64,000 bases of DNA from the NCBI RefSeq assembly GCF_009914755.1, contig NC_060938.1. The stretch is one strand, 5' to 3'. This document shows positions 52,803-64,000 of the stretch, piece after piece (positions within the stretch are counted from its first letter, which is position 1; each line of letters begins with the position of its first letter). The notes below the pieces were generated by a model. It searched no databases. It had not been told where the DNA came from and worked only from the letters and a program-made list of their open reading frames with translations. The translations under genes were made by a program, and so were the position numbers. This DNA is from the human T2T-CHM13v2.0 reference genome, Homo sapiens.

Positions 52803-55800
52803 TCATAAGTGGCCACAATGCTATTCATACACTGCATGGAGCTCATGAGTGTGTCATCCCTGCACCTCTCAGGGCTATCTAGCTTTACCAGGTTCAAACA
52901 GGGGATTTTATTGAGAACAGTCAAAACCTACCAAGACAGGGTGTACACAACTCCAGGCCATTCTCCCTCTGCCTCTTTGTCCCATGGGGGCGGTTATTCA
53001 TAGAGGAAGCTATAAAAGGGTAAGCTACTATAGAAGTTGACAGACAGGAACTTTATTCCAGATCTTTATTCTGAGAGTCAAAAGAACATGTCTTCTAGAC
53101 ACAAGAATATATAACAGGATCTTTCTTTTATCTCTAAGTCAAAGTGACTGAGATTTGCCTATAAGCTAGGCAAAATTCTGGCTATGGCTTCAGTACTGTC
53201 CTTAACCTGAACATTCTACGACTACAAATAGCATATTATCTGTATTTTCTGTGGGTCTCCATGTAACAGATTTTGGAGAGGTATGTAATTCACTTTTTCT
53301 GAAAATACTTACCTTCTGTTTGGGGTTTTAAATGAAAATAGATTCCATGATTAATGCAGAAATATGACACTAAGGTGTTTCCTGTAAAAAACAAACAAAA
53401 ATACTGTTTTTGAGTTTCTAAATGATATGCCAATGGAGGTCACAAATCTCATGTGGACCAGTTATCCCCATTTAGATGATGAACTCTAGAGAAATTTAAT
53501 GTGAAATTAATAATGATCATAAAAATCAGAATTTTAGTCATATTGAAGAGAGTATTTAACTTCAAAAGTTAAGTTTGTTGTACGCATTCAGAACTCGGAA
53601 TACCTTTAAATTATGTACGTTCTTCTCACTATTTATTTTGTGGGTATGCTTTGGCACTTTTGGACACAGGCCTTGTGCCATATCTCACTGCGTATTGAAG
53701 AAGCAAGAAGACTTCTCCTCCGAATGTGGATACCCATGTGCTCCCACAAAGGAACAGGCCATGTAGCAGAGTTAGCAGGTGCAAGTATTCGGCCTGGTTT
53801 TGTTATACTGAATCCACATAAGGCATTCTATTCAATGTGGGGATATATCTCACTAGTTCAGAGTGATTCATTAGCACAAAGAAATAGCAGAGTGGGAACA
53901 GTTCTCAGAGCCTTTGGCAAGCATGTTAAAGCAGGCCCATGACAGATGAACTAAATGAACTAACAGCTTAAATAGCAGTTGGGAACAGGGACTGCTGAGA
54001 AATGAATGGGCTGACCTTATAACAGTGAGCAAAACTTCATGACTAGAAAACACAAACTTTTGGGCCCTTATGGGAGCATGTACCCCATTATGTAGTGTTT
54101 GAGGGGAGGAGATGTGGGCTCTACAGTTTTACATGCCGTTAATTAAACTTAGCATAGAGAGGCCACTGATGTCTACCTTACTGCCTGATTAACATACTGG
54201 GTCAAGAGCGTTAGATGTTTACCGACTGTTTTTGCATCAGAAACCATAAGGGAAATGGCCCCTCAGAAGTACATCTATAATTCATGGACCAAATCAGAAG
54301 CTGTGCATGAAGGCTGGCATTGCTATGCATTCCCTTCCCTTATTCAAGTGGGAGCTAGCCATGCATAAGGAAGGTCACGTCATACTGTGTGATTCCATTT
54401 CTGTTTGTGTTGTTTTCAAGATATTTTGGATATCTCGAGGCATGGCCAAGGACATTGGGGGAAAATGGGAAATGCAGGTTAAATTAAAGGAGGCTTATTT
54501 ACTTCAGTGGATCTTTCAAAGAGCTGCAAGTATCTAATTAGACAAAAACGAATTATTAGATTATGTAAAGACGTCTCGTAGGCACCATTATCAGATTAAA
54601 TTGTAAACACATATGTGCAATGTATTTGCTTTTTATATATTTATGTTTATTTAGTATAGCTATAGCATTAGCCATGGTGGTATTTATTTTGCCCAAGTGT
54701 TTGTATTTACCTCCAATTTTATATCATGCTATATAATAGGTGGGTTTTTTGAATAATTGGTTTTTATATTTTCAAATATATGTATACTGTTTCAAGCAAT
54801 CCTCAATTACAATTTTTCTGAACTAAATGGTAAACTATGCTATTTGGAAAGATTCCTTACAAACAGTTAACAATTTTAGCAAGCCATTAATATAAATTAA
54901 GTGGACAAATGAAAATAGCTTTTTATATTATTATAGAGTTTCTATTTTCAAACTCAAAGTATTAAAATGGGGATTATAAGTCACCCATGAGGACTGTGTA
55001 ACTAATCAGTTTTACAATTAGATAGAAGCTCAAAACCATTCTTTTCTAAGCACTGGGGAGCAGCCTGCCAGTCTCACTAAGTAATTGTGGGGTTGAACAA
55101 ATCCCTTGCCAATATTGGGGTGATGTGGCTGGCAGATGGCTGATCAGAGACTGAAATAAAACATAGGTGGTAGAACATGAAATAAAAACACTATCCAGCA
55201 CTATCTCTTACTGGTGCTGCAACTCCCTGCTGAATATATTTTAGTTTAATTAGTTTGAAAAGGTAAAAACTATCACTTTCTAGTAACTTAAGTCCAAATT
55301 TTAAAGTGCATACAAATTGAAAGTGACCTGCTTTTAATAACAGCTTTCAGTCTGTTGAGCATTTTCATGTCTAGGTCAGGCAATAGGATTCCAGAAAAGA
55401 TAAATATTATGTGGGTTGGTGGGCTGGTTTTTTTTTTTTTTTTTTTGCCTTGTATATTATAAGGTAATAAGAAATAAGATGTGTGCAATATGAAATGAGA
55501 TATGTGCATGCATTGAAAAGACTGTTCATCCTCTGGTGATTGTTAGATTTGCAACTTCACCTCATGTGTAACATGAGTCTTTTTCATACCAATTTCCAGA
55601 CACATCAGCCTGGTCTTGCCTCATTTTATTTCAATGCTATTATTCTCCTTCATAGGCATATGTTTGCAAAACATCACTCTACGCCTATATTCTGGGACCA
55701 TGACACTTCCCATTTTCCTTCCAACCTGATGTCACATACTCACTCAATCTAAAACCCTCACTTTACCTCCACCATAGCTAAAATCCTTCTCAGTCTGTTT

Positions 55801-57325
55801 TCATCAGCCTGTAACACAGGGAAGATGTACATGCCCAAGCCATCACAACAGACCAAAGGCTGTTGATTGACCACGTGGAATAGGGCACACATTCAAAAAT
55901 GTCTCTACAACTGCGCAGGCTGGTTAAATGTGGGTAAATTATGCACATCTGCAAGGCAGCTGTTGCCTTCAGCTCGATCCCATTCAATGTAAAAAGCCCA
56001 GGAGGTCAAGGAGAAGAGCTTTTCAGTTCTCTGCTGTACAAACACATGGTGGTACAGGTGGATCCTTGCCCAGTCCAAGTGTCAGAATGCGGAGAAGGAA
56101 TTGTGGACACATTGACCCTTCTTCTTATTGTTTTCATCTGCATTATGTATTCATGGAGTTGCACGTATTAGTTAAGACAAGTACCCTAGAAACAGGAAGC
56201 CTTTGTTCTTTTTCTAACCAGCTGAACATTACCAAGTAGAGTTAGAAAATATTCCTAGATTCTTTGATTATTTCTTCATTTATATTTGTATAAAATGTAG
56301 TGTGCTTCATGAAACAGGAGGATGACAGAAATTGGTTTGCAAAGGACTTGGTCAATTGTGTTTGTTTAAAAAGATGAGAGGAATTCAAAATGAGATTATT
56401 CCTTGCGAGGATAACATTCACCTTTGACTTCCATTCTGATGTGGCCCCTGGAGAACACATCAATCAAAATGGAAAATAGAGAAGAATTAAAGTCAAGGAG
56501 AACCTCAGATAAAATATGTGGGAGTTAGTAAAAAAATGTTACTGGTATTAGTAACAATCTAAGGGTTTCTTTATGGGGGTCAAGAATAATCTGAAAGGAG
56601 CAAAGACAAATTTCTTTAACAAGACAAGAGATCAGAACGAATGAGTAAACCAGGCATTAATGAGCAGATTGAGAGCTCCTTTGGGATGTTGGAATTGAAG
56701 ACTTTCCTCCCAAGTCTCAGTTTCAGTTGCTTATATGAAATGCTTTAACAGGCACAGGCAAGAAACAAACTGTATGTTCACCTGCTCTCATGTTTCTTAT
56801 TCGTGTTTTCTTCAGAGCCCAGTTAGGCATGTCTACCTACAGGCAAGGAGGTAAAAGTGACTCTTTACCAAATACTGAGTTTCCTATTTCTAGGCCTTTC
56901 CTTTAATTTCTCCCATTACTTTTTTTTTCCCTCACTAACATGCTCAGTCTTTTTGAAATAAAGGAAAAGAATATAATTAAGTTGCCCTATAAAGTTTATT
57001 ATTGTATTTTCTTCCAGGAAAAATTACACTTTAATTACAAAAAAAAAAAAAAAAAATTCCTACCAAAATCAGCACTTTGGAGATTTCCCTACCAAAATCA
57101 GGAAATTTCAGGTGTGCTGGTGGGCATATCTGGGGGCTTTGTGACATGTTTTGAATCACTCCACATATCACCTCTCTACTCTCTTAAAGATAAGGCTAGC
57201 CAGTGCCTATATGGGTCTCTTGGCATCTCCTTTAAAGTGGCATGTCTCATTACCTATTCATAGGGCATACATCGTGGTTATGGGACAGACAAACAGGAAT
57301 GCAAAAGCAGGTTTAGAAAAGGAAC

Positions 57326-57371
57326 TGTCTTAGTCAATTTTCTGTGGCTTATAAGAAAATACCTGGTACAG
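57326..57371 (-). mobile_element. MSTC-like MaLR LTR, left piece (split by L1)
   Basis: tgtcttagtc.attt.tgt.gct.ataa.aaaatacct is the LTR terminus; continues after the L1 at 63443. Confidence 0.75.
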
Positions 57372-58275
57372 AGGAGGAGCCAAGATGGCCGAATAGGAAC
57401 AGCTCCGGTCTACAGCTCCCAGCGTGAGCGACACAGAAGACGGGTGATTTCTGCATTTCCATCTGAGGTACCGGGTTCATCTCACTAGGGAGTGCCAGAC
57501 AGTGGGCGCAGGCCTGTGTGTGTGCGCACCGTGCGCGAGCCAAAGCAGGGCGAGGCATTGCCTCACCTGGGAAGCGCAAGGGGTCAGGGAGTTCCCTTTC
57601 CGAGTCAAAGAAAGGGGTGACGGACGCACCTGGAAAATCGGGTCACTCCCACCCGAATATTGCGCTTTTCAGACCGGCTTAAGAAACGGCTCACCACGAG
57701 ACTATATCCCACACCTGGCTCAGAGGGTCCTACGCCCACGGAATCTCGCTGATTGCTAGCACAGCAGTCTGAGATCAAACTGCAAGGCGGCAACGAGGCT
57801 GGGGGAGGGGCGCCCGCCATTGCCCAGGCTTGCTTAGGTAAACAGAGCAGCCCGGAAGCTCGAACTGGGTGGAGCCCACCACAGCTCAAGGAGGCCTGCC
57901 TGCCTCTGTAGGCTCCACCTCTGGGGGCAGGGCACAGACAAACAAAAAGACAGCAGTAACCTCTGCAGACTTAAGTGTCCCTGTCTGACAGCTTTGAAGA
58001 GAGCAGTGGTTCTCCCAGCACGCAGCTGGAGATCTGAGAACGGGCAGACTGCCTCCTCAAGTGTGTCCCTGACCCCTGACCCCCGAGCAGCCTAACTGGG
58101 AGGCACCCCCCAGCAGGGGCACACTGACACCTCACACGGCAGGGTATTCCAACAGACCTGCAGCTGAGGGTCCTGTCTGTTAGAAGGAAAACTAACAACC
58201 AGAAAGGACATCTACACCGAAAACCCATCTGTACATCACCATCATCAAAGAACAAAAGTAGATAAAACCACAAAG
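57372..58275 (+). promoter_or_regulatory. L1 5'UTR internal sense promoter and antisense promoter
   Basis: YY1 site caagatggccg at 57381-57391; CpG-rich ~900-bp UTR. Confidence 0.85.
57605..57820 (-). CDS. ORF0: L1 ORF0, intact 71 aa
   Basis: MAGAPPPASLPPCSLISDCCASNQRDSVGVGPSEPG...RCVRHPFL within ORF 57605..57889; ATG at 57818-57820. Confidence 0.85.
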   Translation of the reverse strand: MAGAPPPASLPPCSLISDCCASNQRDSVGVGPSEPGVGYSLVVSRFLSRSEKRNIRVGVTRFSRCVRHPFL

Positions 58276-59291
58276 ATGGGGAAAAAACAGAACAGAAAAA
58301 CTGGAAACTCTAAAAAGCAGAGCGCCTCTCCTCCTCCAAAGGAATGCAGTTCCTCACCAGCAACAGAACAAAGCTGGATGGAGAATGATTTTGACGAGCT
58401 GAGAGAAGAAGGCTTCAGACGATCAAATTACTCTGAGCTACGGGAGGACATTCAAACCAAAGGCAAAGAAGTTGAAAACTTTGAAAAAATTTAGAAGAAT
58501 GTATAACTAGAATAACCAATACAGAGAAGTGCTTAAAGGAGCTGATGGAGCTGAAAACCAAGGCTCGAGAACTACGTGAAGAATGCAGAAGCCTCAGGAG
58601 CCGATGCGATCAACTGGAAGAAAGGGTATCAGCAATGGAAGATGAAATGAATGAAATGAAGCGAGAAGGGAAGTTTAGAGAAAAAAGAATAAAAAGAAAT
58701 GAGCAAAGCCTCCAAGAAATATGGGACTATGTGAAAAGACCAAATCTACGTCTGATTGGTGTACCTGAAAGTGATGTGGAGAATGGAACCAAGTTGGAAA
58801 ACACTCTGCAGGATATTATCCAGGAGAACTTCCCCAATCTAGCAAGGCAGGCCAACGTTCAGATTCAGGAAATACAGAGAACGTCACAAAGATACTCCTC
58901 GAGAAGAGCAACTCCAAGACACATAATTGTCAGATTCACCAAAGTTGAAATGAAGGAAAAAATGTTAAGGGCAGCCAGAGAGAAAGGTCGGGTTTCCCTC
59001 AAAGGAAAGCCCATCAGACTAACAGAGGATCTCTCGGCAGAAACCCTACAAGCCAGAAGAGAGTGGGGGCCAATATTCAACATTCTTAAAGAAAAGAATT
59101 TTCAACCCAGAATTTCATATCCAGCCAAACTAAGCTTCATAAGTGAAGGAGAAATAAAATACTTTATAGACAAGCAAATGCTGAGAGATTTTGTCACCAC
59201 CAGGCCTGCCCTAAAAGAGCTCCTGAAGGAAGCGCTAAACATGGAAAGGAACAACCGGTACCAGCCGCTGCAAAATCATGCCAAAATGTAA
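58276..59291 (+). pseudogene. ORF1: L1 ORF1p, frameshifted
   Basis: MGKKQNRKTGNSK...; A6 instead of A7 at 58484-58489 splits it into ORFs 58276..58494 and 58545..59291. Confidence 0.95.
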
Positions 59292-59354
59292 AGACCATCG
59301 AGACTAGGAAGAAACTGCATCAACTAATGAGCAAAATAACCAGCTAACATCATA

Positions 59355-63169
<3,815 letters not shown>

Positions 63170-63442
63170 ACAATAAGATCACATGGACACAGGAAGGGGA
63201 ATATCGCACTCTGGGGACTGTGGTGGGGTGGGGGGAGGGGGGAGGGATAGCATTGGGAGATGTACCTAATGCTAGATGACGAGTTAGTGGGTGCAGCGCA
63301 CCAGCATGGCACATGTATACATATGTAACTAACCTGCACAATGTGCACATGTACCCTAAAACTTAGAGTATAATTAAAAAAAAAACAAAAAAAAAAAAAA
63401 AAAAAAAAAAAAAACTGAAGAATACCAAGATAAAAAAAAAAA

Positions 63443-63833
63443 AAAATACCTGGTACAGCATAATTTATAAAGAAAACATTTTATTTCTTATTTGTATGGA
63501 ATCTGAGAAGTCCCAGGTTGAGGAGTTCTGTCTGGTGGGAACCTTCTTGCTGGTGGGGAGTCTCTGAAGAATCCTGGGGTGATGCAGGGTATTGTAAGAA
63601 TGGGGCTGAGTGGGCTAACATGCTATTTCAGACCCCTCTTCCTCTTCTTATAAAGCCACCATTTCCCCTCCTGTGATAACCCATTAATCCATTAACTCAC
63701 ACATAGAGTAATCCATTCATAAACGCAGAGGTCTCATGACTCAATTGCCTCTTTAAGGTCCCACCTCTCAATACTGGCACTTTGGGGATGAAGTTGCAAC
63801 ATGAATTTTGGAGATGACATTCATACCACAGCA
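63443..63833 (-). mobile_element. MSTC-like MaLR LTR, right piece
   Basis: aatttataaagaaaa...ccttcttgctggtgggga.tctctg...cttcctcttcttataaagccacc...cccacctctcaatactg...cattca.acca.agca. Confidence 0.85.
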
Positions 63834-64000
63834 GAAAGGAAAAGGTTTCTAGAACATTTTGACTACAGACATTTCGTTCTTAAAGAAGTCGTGTTATACT
63901 TAGGTAATATTTGTTAGATTCTTTGAGGAGTGAGAAACGGCTTGAATTATCAATATGCTTTCCCAGTTTGCTTTATAAAACCAAGTGGCTCTTCTCTCAT

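Overview
Human-like (hominoid) non-coding genomic DNA, AT-rich and repeat-dense. I can support no host protein-coding exon, RNA gene or prokaryotic system. Young retrotransposons are: (1) an SVA(D-like) element fused to a 3'-transduced L1PA fragment inside one shared TSD (200-2500); (2) a 5'-clipped AluYa5/Ya4; (3) two AluY; (4) a full-length but disabled L1HS/L1PA2-boundary LINE-1 (57372-63442) with an intact antisense ORF0 and a 17-nt 3' transduction, inserted into an MSTC-like LTR. Older repeats include MER75 (piggyBac), THE1/MST and MER41-family LTRs, a Charlie1 host with nested MER63, MER45B and Alu, MADE1, L1MC, L2 and MIR. The most unusual feature not explained by known repeats is a ~2.1 kb palindrome-rich AT minisatellite (18399-20507). 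It is bracketed by a perfect 15-bp direct repeat, and its unit contains the reverse complement of most of that same repeat, which suggests it was born by fold-back templated insertion. Several smaller fold-back scars occur elsewhere in the window. Subfamily calls rest on remembered consensus sequences and need RepeatMasker/Dfam confirmation.
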